From an uncultured Polaromonas sp. (GTDB lineage: Bacteria > Pseudomonadota > Gammaproteobacteria > Burkholderiales > Burkholderiaceae_C): DNA of 33,226 nt. The notes beneath the pieces were generated by a model. That model searched no databases. It was given only the letters and a program-made list of their open reading frames with translations, and had not been told where the DNA came from. The DNA is taken from assembly GCA_964450095.1 (NCBI GenBank), contig CAYVGD010000001.1, forward strand, positions 1-33,226, given 5' to 3'. Shown one piece after another: positions 8,001 through 15,622 of the stretch (positions within the stretch are counted from its first letter, which is position 1; every line of letters begins with the position of its first letter). Made by a program: the position numbers and the translations under genes.

Positions 8001-9369
8001 GCGGCTGGCCCATGATGCGGTTGATGGTGGCCTGGGCCTGGCGCACCGGGTCGGGCTGGGGCGGCGCGGCTGGAGCTGGAGCCGGCGCAGCCTGGCGGCC
8101 GAACACGCGGTCCACGGCGGCCTGGTAGTCGGCCGGGCCTGGCACGGGCGGCTCGCGCCTGGTCAAGCTGCGGGCAGCATCTGCAGCCGCAGCGCCGCCA
8201 GTAGCGGCCACCTGCAGCGCCTTGCCGCCAGCAATCATGGTCGGGCCTTGGACCAGCGTGGCCTTGAAGGCGTCCACCATGTCCTGCTTCAGGCGCTCGG
8301 GCGTGGCGGTCGGGTCGGCAAACACGCGGTCGGCGTAGAAGTTGCCCAGCGCAGAAAACTGCTCGGTGGACAGCTCCAGGCCCATCGCCTTGCCTGACTG
8401 CTGCAGCGCCTCGGTCATGGCCTTGGCATCGCCGGACATGAGGGTGCGCAGCGGCACGCGGTTGAGCGCGTTGACGGCAAACTTGCCAGCCACCGCCTCG
8501 GGCACGCCCTCGGTCACGACGCTGGATGCGCCGGCCAGCGCCGACATGCCTGGCGACAGGCCGTCCACGCGCGCGCGGTCGTAGCCCTGCACGCCAGCGT
8601 CGGCCAGGATTGCGCCTGGACCGAACAGCGCCAGCGCGCCGAGCTGCTTTACGCCCTCCGGCGCGTACTGCGACACATCGCGCGCGCTGGGCATGAGGTT
8701 GTCCAGGCGCGTGCCGGTCTGCATCAGTGGCTGGTCGCTCACGCCCAGGTTGGCCGCGTTGGTGCGGCGGTCCAGCATGGCCGCGCCCTCGCGCAGGCGC
8801 TGCGCAGTGTCCTGCGGGTACAGGGCCGGCGCGATGTCAGCCGGAATGGCACCGGCTTTCAGGATGGTCGAGCCGATGCTGCGCAAGGTGTTGCCCGGCA
8901 CGTTGGCCGCAGCATCGAGGATGCCGCCCGTGGGCGTGATGGTGCCGGTGCGCGCCTCCAGCCTGGGCAGCTTGGCCTGCTCGATGCGGCGGGCCATGTC
9001 GGCCTCGATACGCGGCAGGTTGGACAAGGCGATAAGCTGGGCCTCGTCGTAGCCGGTGACAGGCGGCGCGCCGTCCATCACGGACTTGTTGGCCTTGGCC
9101 TCGCGCTGCGAGCGCGCCACCTCCGTCAGGCCGTCCACGATGCGCAGCGGGTTGATGAGCGCGCGGTCACTTTGCGCCACGCCCTTGATGAATGGCTGGC
9201 CGGGGTCCAGCACCTGGCGGGCCGTGTACAGCGCGCGGTCGAGGAAGCCCTTTTCGGACTTGGCTGGCCGGCCATCGAGCTGGGCCAGCAGCGCCTCGTC
9301 AGTCACCGGCTTCAGACCCGCCGTAGGTTCAAGTTGCTCGAGAATCGACGGGTCGGTGACTGGTTTCAT
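2005..9369 (-). CDS. Large polyvalent internal virion (ejection) protein: DdrB-like ParB domain (~7240-7810), HExxH metallopeptidase (~5140-5720), LPD3/BECR-like domain (~4690-5040), helical ejection-protein C-terminus
   Basis: 2454 aa. Motifs: QNRNRS...VQYAVVEA...IAGNGRIAGL...PVLVRV; TAVHEILHH...SEFWAVNA; GKTVQNRSDGQAILIPASGIKHTLS...FYDH. It sits last in the ejection-protein cluster. Confidence 0.8.
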   Translation of the reverse strand: MKPVTDPSILEQLEPTAGLKPVTDEALLAQLDGRPAKSEKGFLDRALYTARQVLDPGQPFIKGVAQSDRALINPLRIVDGLTEVARSQREAKANKSVMDGAPPVTGYDEAQLIALSNLPRIEADMARRIEQAKLPRLEARTGTITPTGGILDAAANVPGNTLRSIGSTILKAGAIPADIAPALYPQDTAQRLREGAAMLDRRTNAANLGVSDQPLMQTGTRLDNLMPSARDVSQYAPEGVKQLGALALFGPGAILADAGVQGYDRARVDGLSPGMSALAGASSVVTEGVPEAVAGKFAVNALNRVPLRTLMSGDAKAMTEALQQSGKAMGLELSTEQFSALGNFYADRVFADPTATPERLKQDMVDAFKATLVQGPTMIAGGKALQVAATGGAAAADAARSLTRREPPVPGPADYQAAVDRVFGRQAAPAPAPAAPPQPDPVRQAQATINRIMGQPPAAPAPTPAPAPAPAAADPIGELIGQLQAAAPAAAPAPLEAPAPAPAAPAQATLPEPAAAPAQDDAPILQNRNRSTPTSIAQMQSISQAPDYGRLGFSRDFANGAPVVAGLDLEPELLGRTDLAVAADGRRIPVQYAVVEADQVLASNNADGTPNADYGRQELDALRAIAGNGRIAGLQAAYRAGNAEGYKAELADDGRHGVSPEAIARMRAPVLVRVMPREAVTRDIGDVSNTVGNLELSAVEQANNDAQRVNLDALSFAADGGVTAEAVRQFVRAMPQAEQGNLIDTNGQPTKQAVDRLNAAVFARAYGNDDLVRLFAQAQDPEARNVLSALAQVAPKMARLAGAGALDIRGVVSQAAEIAVNARREGKTLAKAAAQLDLAADPDVGVILQLFADNARTVAPVVEALGNAADLAYTEATKPAQDMFGEVPRAGRQDIINQLRPQDERASQENLEVPAGREPAQVDAGRPGTEPRAAADPAAAQAGRSAQAAAGQQEAEQVALTAARIRRREDSRSVDPRVDSVNAQENYLQELARSQPDQARAIAQAMRANPQRMSDVAGVSPDMVGRYAGIIERQLELQPQTQEQPLLQSYTPAEVEERLARLEEAERQRQEEERQQRAADRRAQADAQRDDFTLTGSDRQADVAAAQGQGDLMDDLAAADDGTAADMSGLQRDGGMMGRLPEPVRANVLARLKALQRRLDDGRLDQAGYIAEVQALMRQIEDRNQAQATRSMSKGRERGPDWIKERLIRAKRKGELDEDTVDFALWALEKNPALANDLGISLPAEGKGGTSGDYNPASRVMRLFKSTANATTAVHEILHHTERMMPPEVQAAIAKAHQRAFAKAYEKADDSTRSLLQAMLAANAGDKLAYKQVLEAFASGKLKYDQHYQLYNASEFWAVNATDILAGRYDARGSWIAQARQWLREMLERIKGILGMRSNAEVLRGLKSVLQGDGQRLSGRMLQDVSGVRAQLAKTPISLSSWPGSMNEQLAQAKEFSRQNLAGKTVQNRSDGQAILIPASGIKHTLSGQVSPMALAAVRQLDKIIESSTFVSSEPDKKGRNTIKEVRFYEQDVLFNSKPGRVRVVVRVAADGARFYDHFEVKEKAPAGQSGKQDQPGSLQPFTEALPASPGQGNIADATEGDNKSLQDIPRNDQDNLSLNDPGREPMRARDVLSFDRDAANRRIWRAGRKGYERGMEFAGKYLGALKLADTKPAEFRQMMRRYQADNFNAQQRALEVAESGRDLPKELRTLLSDIIEKEVAVGDNTPEGLQELAATIAGAFEQQAQQLIELGMLSEKRLVENYLPRVYRNPLIGKLQSREQVLSMLTKARMRIRGDRLKSRGLVHEVLPGRVKDMERLGWKLSSMPDGSDIPPALRRAIERGEPLPREFAEDQKVVVWRDFTKTEREQMGEVRDAFIRFAMGYVEMQKDLAVGRLFKSIAENERMASRFNPGGWVKVPEKEIAGSGGVQMYGALAGMYVERQVADQLKRAIQDNSAVVQAYDKALSLWKEGKTVWNPVAHGNNVVSNIFMGHFAGLNMADPRVWRNAIREYRNKGELYQEAVENGLLGTEFANTEIQNALMPELREFMSEADVVASRVSKVTEFLKKYPGRPFSWYRENMQKAYEFEDQIFKLMVYIDRRKAGATPGEAIDDAERYFFNYADVPEGIRAVQRVWSPFFSYTYKALPSILHTAATRPDRILLPMVLLGGSNWLAYMILAGDDEEEPGMAGTVGAGAAAMLGGPLAGPGAFLATVQRARRMEQEERRGLPEYMEGRTALGTQKVVRLPINSADGNPYFLDMSRRIPLGDVFDVTNQMGGFPLLQPFMPAHPFLWNIPVAVFANKDTFTGRELVKESDDEWEKATKWGGYLYRQMAPNAPIVPGSYSFNKMMEATAQGFDREIMGYTGFNNQGDPVRPGVVALDVAGVAKVRESNTERNMQFKRMDITKEMREVQTNMMQLSRRLNNNAITQEQHDRERERQEKKLEVLREKMSEAR
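4562..4590 (+). promoter_or_regulatory. Antisense sigma70 promoter inside the giant gene
   Basis: TTGTCG (4562-4567), 17-bp spacer, TATATT (4585-4590), with extended -10 TG at 4582-4583. This AT-rich site stands out in GC-rich coding DNA. Confidence 0.7.
4597..4686 (+). ncRNA. Predicted ~90-nt structured antisense small RNA embedded in the giant gene
   Basis: GCCGG/CCGGC hairpin at 4597-4612. Long hairpin AAAGCCTCTGTA (4613-4624) / TGCAGGGGCTTT (4669-4680) encloses CTGGAG/TTCCAG and CAGG/CCTG stems and ends in TTTTTCTTT. It lies directly after the promoter. Confidence 0.65.
6495..6662 (-). CDS. Nested 55-aa gene in the +1 frame of the giant gene (MNEQAKKIWKSPQGASLLKSMLAGQAPSPEQQQTLQQLKQADPPKLQQASKRPSK)
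   Basis: ATG with upstream GAGG and a TAG stop. By hand count 51/55 codons end in G/C, while host-frame GC3 over the same bases is 23/55. Confidence 0.65.
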   Translation of the reverse strand: MNEQAKKIWKSPQGASLLKSMLAGQAPSPEQQQTLQQLKQADPPKLQQASKRPSK

Positions 9370-9378
9370 AGGTGGGCT

Positions 9379-10545
9379 TTACTGTTCAAACCACTTGCCA
9401 TTGACCTTGACGTAGGTTTTCCCGCCAATGGTCTTGGTTTCCTGCGGCTGAATTGTTTGCCCGCCTGCTGCTGCTGCTGGATTTTTGTTGCCGCCCGCGG
9501 CGGGGGCCGCAGCCGGGGATGGAGCTGGCGCACCAGGTGCTGTCGGCCTTCCCTGCGATTCCCACTGCGCAAACTGCGCGGCGGTCGGGCGCTTGTTGTT
9601 GGCCGTCACCCAGCCGTAGAAAGACTGCAGCGCTTTTTGGTCGATCACCCGCTCCAGCTCATTTGTCTGGGGGTTGCGAACAGGTCGCCCTTTGTCGTCT
9701 AGCGCCGGGACCAGCAAGGTGTTCAGGATCGTGTTCGACAGCGAGCCCTCGCCTGCCTCGCCGCTGCCAGGCAGCGTGCCGGTCTTGTTGAGGATTTCCA
9801 GCTTGCGCTTGTCCAGGTTAGCGTTGGCGTTGGAGTTGTTGGCCGCGGCGTTGCGCTGGTTGGCCAGGGCCGTCTGCGTGTTGCCAAAGAGCTTGGCCAG
9901 CACGGGGTTGGCCTGCGTCTGCGCGCCCGAGAAGTTGTCGATGCTGAAGCCCGTGTCCTGCACGTTGTCGAACAGGGGTTTGCCCGCGGCTGCGGCGTTG
10001 GCCCGCCCGTAGTTGCCGGCCAGGGCCGGGTTCTTCAGCACGGCCTCGATGCCGCGGTATCGCTGCTCATCGAGCGCCGCGTCCGTGCCCTGGTTGACCT
10101 TGCTGTCGGTCGCGTACATGCGCTGCATCAGCGAAATGGCCCGGCCCAGCTCGGCCACGGTTTCAGGGGTGGCAGGCGGCGGCTGGATCGGCCCCACGCC
10201 ATCGGCCGGCGCTTCATAGGACGGCCCAAAGCTGCCGGTTTCCAGGCGCTGCTTGAAGGCCGGTGCCAGCGCCGTGGGCAGGCCCAGGCTCAGCATGGCC
10301 GACTCGAGCGGGTTCTGCTGGAGCTGGAGCTGCTGCTGGCCCAGTGCGGCCTTGGCGCGGTTGTTGGCGGCCGCGGCCTCGCTGGCCACCGCGCTGGACT
10401 GGTACGCACCCAGCTTGGCGTTGTTGAGCAGCGACTCGTCCTCGGCCTTTTGCCGATACAAGCCGCCCATCGCGTAGGCCTTGAACAGGTTGCCAATGCC
10501 TTGGCCTGCGGCCGCAGCTCCGTCAGCTTGTAGGGCGAATTTCAT
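9379..10545 (-). CDS. Internal virion/DNA ejection protein
   Basis: 388 aa, rich in Ala/Gln/Gly/Asn. It lies between the smaller ejection proteins and the giant protein. Confidence 0.6.
   Translation of the reverse strand: MKFALQADGAAAAGQGIGNLFKAYAMGGLYRQKAEDESLLNNAKLGAYQSSAVASEAAAANNRAKAALGQQQLQLQQNPLESAMLSLGLPTALAPAFKQRLETGSFGPSYEAPADGVGPIQPPPATPETVAELGRAISLMQRMYATDSKVNQGTDAALDEQRYRGIEAVLKNPALAGNYGRANAAAAGKPLFDNVQDTGFSIDNFSGAQTQANPVLAKLFGNTQTALANQRNAAANNSNANANLDKRKLEILNKTGTLPGSGEAGEGSLSNTILNTLLVPALDDKGRPVRNPQTNELERVIDQKALQSFYGWVTANNKRPTAAQFAQWESQGRPTAPGAPAPSPAAAPAAGGNKNPAAAAGGQTIQPQETKTIGGKTYVKVNGKWFEQ
9452..9488 (-). promoter_or_regulatory. Putative late promoter copy upstream of the giant gene
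   Basis: ACAAAAATCCA-N16-GGCAAACAAT inside the 3' end of the 388-aa gene, about 80 nt before the ATG at 9369. Confidence 0.55.
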
Positions 10546-11273
10546 GGTTTAAGTCTCGAGAAAGCGCTTGCAAAGCGGTTGTTGCTCATGCGGCTGACCG
10601 GGCTCACGTCATAGACCGGGGCCATGCCAGGCGATGCGGCGATGGTCGGGTCGGCGTTCACAGCCATCTTGGTCGGACCGCCGCCGCCGTACATCATCCC
10701 GGCGCTGCCTGCGGCCTGCAGGAGCTGGCCACCGAACACCAGGCCGGGGTCGAGCAGGCCCGCCTGCTGGATGGCGATGTTGTCTGCGCCAGCCCGGCCG
10801 CGCGAAAAGGAGCCGAGCTGGTCCACGGCCTGGCCGGCGTCCATGAGGCGGATGCCCTCGCCCAGGCGCAGGCGGCTGGCGCTGGTCGTCTTGCCCAGCA
10901 GGCGCGCCAGTTGCTCGGCCTGCTTCATCGTCTGCAGGTCGCTGGCGGCCTTGGCCGTCTGATAGTCGTCGGAGGTGTTGCCTTGCGTGGTGGCCTGCTC
11001 GGCGCGGATGGCCTGGCTTTCCGACACGGGGGTGATGAGCGACTGCTCGATGTCCGTGGCGATCTGCTGCTGCTCGGCCGCGCGCTTGGTCGGGTCGTAA
11101 GGAGCTGCGGCCTCGAGCGCCTTTTTCTCGGCCTGCATCTGCAGCTCGCGCTGCGCAGCCAGGCTGCGCGAGATTTCCTCGCGCTGACGGCGCTGGGCAT
11201 CCGTCGAGGCCTTGTATTGCATGCCAGCGCCAGCGACCATCGCCGCCAGTGCTGCTATCGTGATTGGGTCCAT
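10542..11273 (-). CDS. Internal virion/DNA ejection protein
   Basis: 243 aa with hydrophobic N-terminus MDPITIAALAAMVAGAG followed by a Gln/Ala coiled coil; assigned also by synteny. Confidence 0.6.
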   Translation of the reverse strand: MDPITIAALAAMVAGAGMQYKASTDAQRRQREEISRSLAAQRELQMQAEKKALEAAAPYDPTKRAAEQQQIATDIEQSLITPVSESQAIRAEQATTQGNTSDDYQTAKAASDLQTMKQAEQLARLLGKTTSASRLRLGEGIRLMDAGQAVDQLGSFSRGRAGADNIAIQQAGLLDPGLVFGGQLLQAAGSAGMMYGGGGPTKMAVNADPTIAASPGMAPVYDVSPVSRMSNNRFASAFSRLKP

Positions 11274-11286
11274 CGAGCCCTCCCTG

Positions 11287-11919
11287 TCAGTTGGTCACGC
11301 CCTGCGAGCCGGTGCGCGGATCGGACACGCCCAGGAACTGCTGGCGCAGCGTGAGCGGGTTGATGCCCGCGGCCCGGCCTTGCTGCATTTGGTTGACCAG
11401 GTAGGCCTGCGACAGGTCGTCAAACAAGCTGCCCACGGTCGCGCCGGCTCGCGCGTTGGCTGCGTTGGCGGCGTTGACCTGCAGGCCACTGAGCGCCTGC
11501 TGCGCGGCCGTGCCGGTGTCGATGCCGGACTGGGCCAGGTTGATGAGGTTTGAGCGCGTGCGCTCGTCGGCCGTGCGCAGGTCGGCTGCAGCCTGGTCGG
11601 CAATGCCGCCTGCTCGCATCAGCCCCTCGTTGGTGCGCCGGTTCAGCTCGGCGTTGCCCTCGGCATCCACCGAGCTGCCCAGCAGGCCCGTGCGGGCCAG
11701 GGCAAAGCGGTTGCGCCGCTCGGCCTCGCGCGCCTGACGGTCCACCTCCATGCGGTTGAGGTCATAGACCGCATCCTTTTGGCCGCTGTAAAGCGAATCA
11801 CGACCTGCGCCGCCAAAGACGCGATTGATTTCCTCAGTCGCCGCCTTGATGCGCGCCTGGCGCTCTTCCTCTTGCCTGCGGGCTTCTGCCCCCGGATCAC
11901 CGCCGCCACCACCACACAT
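11287..11919 (-). CDS. Internal virion/DNA ejection protein (small)
   Basis: 210 aa, MCGGGGG start typical of small podovirus ejection proteins; follows the GNAT gene. Confidence 0.6.
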   Translation of the reverse strand: MCGGGGGDPGAEARRQEEERQARIKAATEEINRVFGGAGRDSLYSGQKDAVYDLNRMEVDRQAREAERRNRFALARTGLLGSSVDAEGNAELNRRTNEGLMRAGGIADQAAADLRTADERTRSNLINLAQSGIDTGTAAQQALSGLQVNAANAANARAGATVGSLFDDLSQAYLVNQMQQGRAAGINPLTLRQQFLGVSDPRTGSQGVTN

Positions 11920-11922
11920 AGT

Positions 11923-12372
11923 TCACACTCCTTGCATTACATAGCTGGCCCCGCATCGCGTGAAACCCAGCTTGTCAAACAACTGCTCTGCCCTGGCGTG
12001 CCCAGTCGTCACGCCCGGCCTGATTTGCTTGGCCCCAGCCAGCTTGGCCCACTGCACAAAGGCCTTGAGAAGCCTGACGGCCGCCATGCCGCCGCGCGCA
12101 TCCTGGCTGACAAACAGCGCCAGGTCGTTGGCCACCATGTCCTGGCCAAACCAGGACTGGGTGACGGTGCCAAGCATGCCGCCGACCACCTGGCCATTTG
12201 TATCCTCGACCACCACCACGAACTGACTTTTGTTCATCAGCTCGGTGATGGTTTCCTTCAGCCGCTCCGGGTCAAAGTCCATCGGCGCGTAGCTCGAGGT
12301 CGCGTGCATTTCGCGGCCAAGCACCACCAGGGCCGGCAAGTCCTCGAGCGTGGCCAGGCGCAGCGCCATCAC
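11923..12372 (-). CDS. GNAT-family acetyltransferase-like virion assembly protein
   Basis: Motifs LRLATLEDL, LFVSQDARGG..AVRLLKAFVQWAK and LFDKLGF. Position between nozzle and ejection genes matches T7 gp13-type genes. Confidence 0.8.
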   Translation of the reverse strand: MMALRLATLEDLPALVVLGREMHATSSYAPMDFDPERLKETITELMNKSQFVVVVEDTNGQVVGGMLGTVTQSWFGQDMVANDLALFVSQDARGGMAAVRLLKAFVQWAKLAGAKQIRPGVTTGHARAEQLFDKLGFTRCGASYVMQGV

Positions 12373-13766
12373 ACCGGCCCCAGCACGTCGTAGTACAGGG
12401 TCACGGCATCGAGCCGGAACGGGCCTGCGTCATAGTTGCGAAAGCGCAGCGCAAACTCGGTGCCGGTGCATTCCACCGGGATCACGCCGCCTGGCCGGGT
12501 GTTGCCCTTCACGCGCACAGGCGAGGTGAAGGCGTCCGGGTCGCGTACGTCAAAGCCGATCGAGAACTCGCAGCGGCCCTCCACCACCACGTCGGCGCCC
12601 GTGATGCGCTTGAGCTGGCCCGGCGTCTTGAAATTCATGTACGGCAGGTCGATCAGCACCTCGTACTGCTGGTTGTCGTCGGTGTAGACACCCTCGTCCA
12701 GCTTGAACACATCATTGCCCGAGCGGATGTAGAGGGTCTGCCCCAGCTCCGCGAAGGCGTCCACCGGCTGCTGCAGGAAATACTGCGACCAGGCTGCGAT
12801 CTTGGACGTGCGGGAGATCGAGTAGACGAACAGGCGGTTGCCGATGGCGCACACGAACTGGCCCGTGCCGTAGAAGTAGAAGGCCTTGGGGTTCACGCCG
12901 GCCACGCGGGTTTCCGGGCGCACCAGGCTGTCGATGGGCGAGCCCACGTCCACGTCGGCCAGGTTGTTCGTGAGCTGCAGCGTGGTGATGGAGCGGAAGC
13001 CGTAGTCCGAAAGGAAGTACAGGTCGCCGGCCACCGAAGCCACCGTGCGCGGGAAGCTCGTGCCCACGTTTTCCACGATGCTCTCCAGGCGCATGGCGGC
13101 CGGGTCGGGATCAACCTGCCACACCTGCGCGCCGTCCCTGGACAAGGCCACCAGCTTGTTCTGATAGATGCCCAGGGCGTTGGTCGAGCGGTCGCCGCGG
13201 CTGTTCAGGCCCGTGGGCAGGAAGCCGGCATCGTTGGCTGCAGTCCAGTCGCGCGGGTTGCCGGTCTTGCAAAAGCGCACCGTGTCGGCGTTACCGCGAC
13301 CGACTGCGAAGATTTTGCTGGCCAGCTTGATGACGGCGCGGGTGTTCGGGCAGTTGGCGTCTGCAATGTGCGTGGCCGCCGAGCCGTCCAGGTAGTGGTG
13401 CCGCACCTGGCCGTCGGCGTATTCGACGGCGCAGTAGATGAAGGCGTTGAACACATCGGCGTAGGGCACGTCCGTCACCACCGCAGAGCCCGAGGGCGGC
13501 GCCACGCGGTTGGCCTGGAACATCGGGTTGGCGTGCGTGATGGTGCCGCTGCCGTAGAAGGTGTGCAGCTTGCCGAAGGCCGCAAACAGGCCTTTCGTGC
13601 CGGCCTCGAGCGTGGCCACCTTTGTCAGGCCCGGCCGCTTGGCCGTGGCCAGGCCCGTGGTGACGTAGGCGTTCTTCATTTCGCGCAGGCGGTTGGCATC
13701 CGATACGGATGCGCCCTTGCGCAGGTCGATGCCCAGGTCGAAGCGGTCGAAGGTGATTTGCGGCAT
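12369..13766 (-). CDS. Tail nozzle / DNA stabilisation protein (P22 gp10 / T7 gp12-like)
   Basis: 465 aa, beta-rich, with 'KRPGL' near the N-terminus and 'IAAWSQY'; synteny supports the call. Confidence 0.7.
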   Translation of the reverse strand: MPQITFDRFDLGIDLRKGASVSDANRLREMKNAYVTTGLATAKRPGLTKVATLEAGTKGLFAAFGKLHTFYGSGTITHANPMFQANRVAPPSGSAVVTDVPYADVFNAFIYCAVEYADGQVRHHYLDGSAATHIADANCPNTRAVIKLASKIFAVGRGNADTVRFCKTGNPRDWTAANDAGFLPTGLNSRGDRSTNALGIYQNKLVALSRDGAQVWQVDPDPAAMRLESIVENVGTSFPRTVASVAGDLYFLSDYGFRSITTLQLTNNLADVDVGSPIDSLVRPETRVAGVNPKAFYFYGTGQFVCAIGNRLFVYSISRTSKIAAWSQYFLQQPVDAFAELGQTLYIRSGNDVFKLDEGVYTDDNQQYEVLIDLPYMNFKTPGQLKRITGADVVVEGRCEFSIGFDVRDPDAFTSPVRVKGNTRPGGVIPVECTGTEFALRFRNYDAGPFRLDAVTLYYDVLGPV

Positions 13767-13769
13767 GCG

Positions 13770-14477
13770 TCAGGTCCGAAGGGTGTAGCGGCCGTCGCTG
13801 GTGCGTGCCACCTGCGGCATGCGCTCGTACTGGCCCACCTGAGCGTAGAAGCGCTTGTTTTCCTTCTGCTTCATCTTTTCCTTGTCCAGCATGGACTGGA
13901 AGGTCACAGCAGCCGGCTGCGCGTCCGGGTGGCGGTAGTGGGCCTTGGCTGTGGCCAGGGCGTACAGGAACACCAGGCGGTCGGGCACGCTCGGCCGGTC
14001 GCTGGCGCGGTCGAAGCGGTTTTTGTCGGCCGTGTACTCGATCACCAGGTCGTAGGGTTTGCCGGGGATCGGGTACAGCTCCATCTGGCCGTTGAGGTGG
14101 TCGTAGCGCTCAGGGCACTCGCGGATACTGCTGTCGGCCCGGTCGGCCTCGCTGATGCCCTGGACAAGCTGGCGGCGTTGGTTGTCGCTCTCGATCACCC
14201 ACACCGACAGCACGCGGCCGGGGTCGATCGGCTCGTCCTCCTGGTCGTTGTGCCAGTCGTACATGAAGCTGTTGGCCTCGAGCTGGATCGTGGCCTTCTT
14301 GCGCTGGGCAGGCGGCTGCAGTTGCTCGAACACGAAATCATGCGCCTCCTGCAGGAAGCTCTTAATGACGACATCGTTGTTCTTGCTGGCGCTGCCCTGC
14401 GTGGCAAAGCCCAGGCGCGCGCGCAGCTCGGTCATCAGCTCGCCCAGCGTGCGGTGGCGTTCAGACAGTCCGTTCAT
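13770..14477 (-). CDS. Head-tail adaptor (tail tubular protein A-like)
   Basis: 235 aa with 'TLGELMTELRARLG' and 'MELYPIP' motifs; precedes the nozzle gene. Confidence 0.65.
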   Translation of the reverse strand: MNGLSERHRTLGELMTELRARLGFATQGSASKNNDVVIKSFLQEAHDFVFEQLQPPAQRKKATIQLEANSFMYDWHNDQEDEPIDPGRVLSVWVIESDNQRRQLVQGISEADRADSSIRECPERYDHLNGQMELYPIPGKPYDLVIEYTADKNRFDRASDRPSVPDRLVFLYALATAKAHYRHPDAQPAAVTFQSMLDKEKMKQKENKRFYAQVGQYERMPQVARTSDGRYTLRT

Positions 14478-14487
14478 GTCAGTCCCT

Positions 14488-15186
14488 TTACGCAGTCGTC
14501 AGCACGATGGAGAGCTGGCCGCCCTGCAGCACCAGGCGCGCCGACACGCTGGTGCGGCCCACCAGGCTCGCGGTCTTGGTGGCCGTGTCGATGGTGACCA
14601 CGGCGCCGTTGGTGCCATTGGTGCCAGCCGGGCCGGCCGGACCTTGCGGCCCTTGGATACCCTGCAGGCCTTGCGGTCCCTGCGGGCCGGTCGGGCCGGT
14701 GGCGCCCTGCGCGCCAGTCTCGCCCTTGCCAAACTGCACGCCCGCACTCCAGTCGCCGCTGGTGTTGGACAGCTTGAAGTACATGAGCCCCGTGTCCAGG
14801 GCCAGGAATGCAAAGCCCTTGGGCTGCAGGTTGTACTGGCTGCGGTTGGCAAACACATCGCGCACGTCGGCGCTAAAGCTGGCGCCCGTGTCGCCCTTGG
14901 GGCCTTGTGGGCCGGCCGGGCCGGTCGGGCCTTGCGGGCCTTGTGGGCCGGTGGGGCCAGGCACCTGCAGCGCCGCGATGGCCGCGGGCGTCAGGTTGGT
15001 CAGGGCCACGACCTGGCTTCTGAGCGTGCCGTCGTCGGCCTGCAGTTGCGCCTGGTTGGCGCGCAGCTCATTGACCGACAGGCTCACCTTGTCCAGCTCG
15101 GCGTTGAGCGCCGCATGGTCGGTGCGGTCGGGGTTGTTCTCCGCGAAATTCTTGGCGCGGTTGTAGGCTGGCGCTTGTGCCATCAC
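14488..15186 (-). CDS. Collagen-repeat short fibre/virion protein
   Basis: Two Gly-X-Y tracts; the N-terminal ~65 aa is similar to the N-terminus of the 701-aa fibre. Confidence 0.75.
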   Translation of the reverse strand: MMAQAPAYNRAKNFAENNPDRTDHAALNAELDKVSLSVNELRANQAQLQADDGTLRSQVVALTNLTPAAIAALQVPGPTGPQGPQGPTGPAGPQGPKGDTGASFSADVRDVFANRSQYNLQPKGFAFLALDTGLMYFKLSNTSGDWSAGVQFGKGETGAQGATGPTGPQGPQGLQGIQGPQGPAGPAGTNGTNGAVVTIDTATKTASLVGRTSVSARLVLQGGQLSIVLTTA

Positions 15187-15452
15187 TGGCCTCCTTCATT
15201 GTTGTCGTCGCGGTGCTTGGGCTCGGCGCCGAGCATGATCCCCGACAGCACGCCAGTCAGAAACGTGGCAATCGGCGCAATCAGCTTGAAAAACTCCTGG
15301 TCCACAGGCGAGGTGTTGAGCATGGGCTGGCTCACGAACACGATGGAAAACAGCACCGTGCCCATCGTGCCGGCCAGCGTCAGGGCCAAAATCACGCCGA
15401 CAAAAAACTTCAGCCGCGCGTGCAGCTCTTCAGGGGTGTAGCGCTTGCTCAC
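15183..15452 (-). CDS. Two-TM membrane protein
   Basis: 89 aa with two hydrophobic helices; start and stop overlap both neighbours. Confidence 0.75.
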   Translation of the reverse strand: MSKRYTPEELHARLKFFVGVILALTLAGTMGTVLFSIVFVSQPMLNTSPVDQEFFKLIAPIATFLTGVLSGIMLGAEPKHRDDNNEGGQ

Positions 15453-15622
15453 TTCTTGGCCTCCAGGTCAATCAAGTATTCAGGGCAGTCCTGCGTGGCC
15501 TGGCACCTGGGCTTTTGGCAGCGCTCCAGGCCCCAGTTGTCCCAGTGCTGGCAGAAGTAGCGGATGCGGTCCTCGCAGCCGGCCAGGGCCAGCAGCGCCA
15601 TTGCAACGGCGATGCGCTTCAT
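15449..15622 (-). CDS. Small Cys-rich lipoprotein (57 aa)
   Basis: MKRIAVAMALLALAG|C lipobox plus four further Cys. ATG at 15622 overlaps the upstream stop (ATGA); the true start is downstream of the track start. Confidence 0.75.
   Translation of the reverse strand: MKRIAVAMALLALAGCEDRIRYFCQHWDNWGLERCQKPRCQATQDCPEYLIDLEAKK

Noticed and set aside
1882-8397. Very long + strand ORFs (1009 aa and 1159 aa) and similar ones opposite portal, terL, capsid and fibre
   Set aside because: They are codon-for-codon antisense shadows of GC3-biased minus-strand genes, have no recognisable motifs, and show the typical shadow composition.
12196-12233. Possible fifth late-promoter copy (ACAAAAGTCAG-N17-GGATACAAAT) inside the GNAT gene
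   Set aside because: Several mismatches in both boxes; cannot be separated from chance without a PWM scan.
14017-14026. ACAAAAACCG look-alike of the promoter upstream box
   Set aside because: Lacks the downstream AANAAT box.
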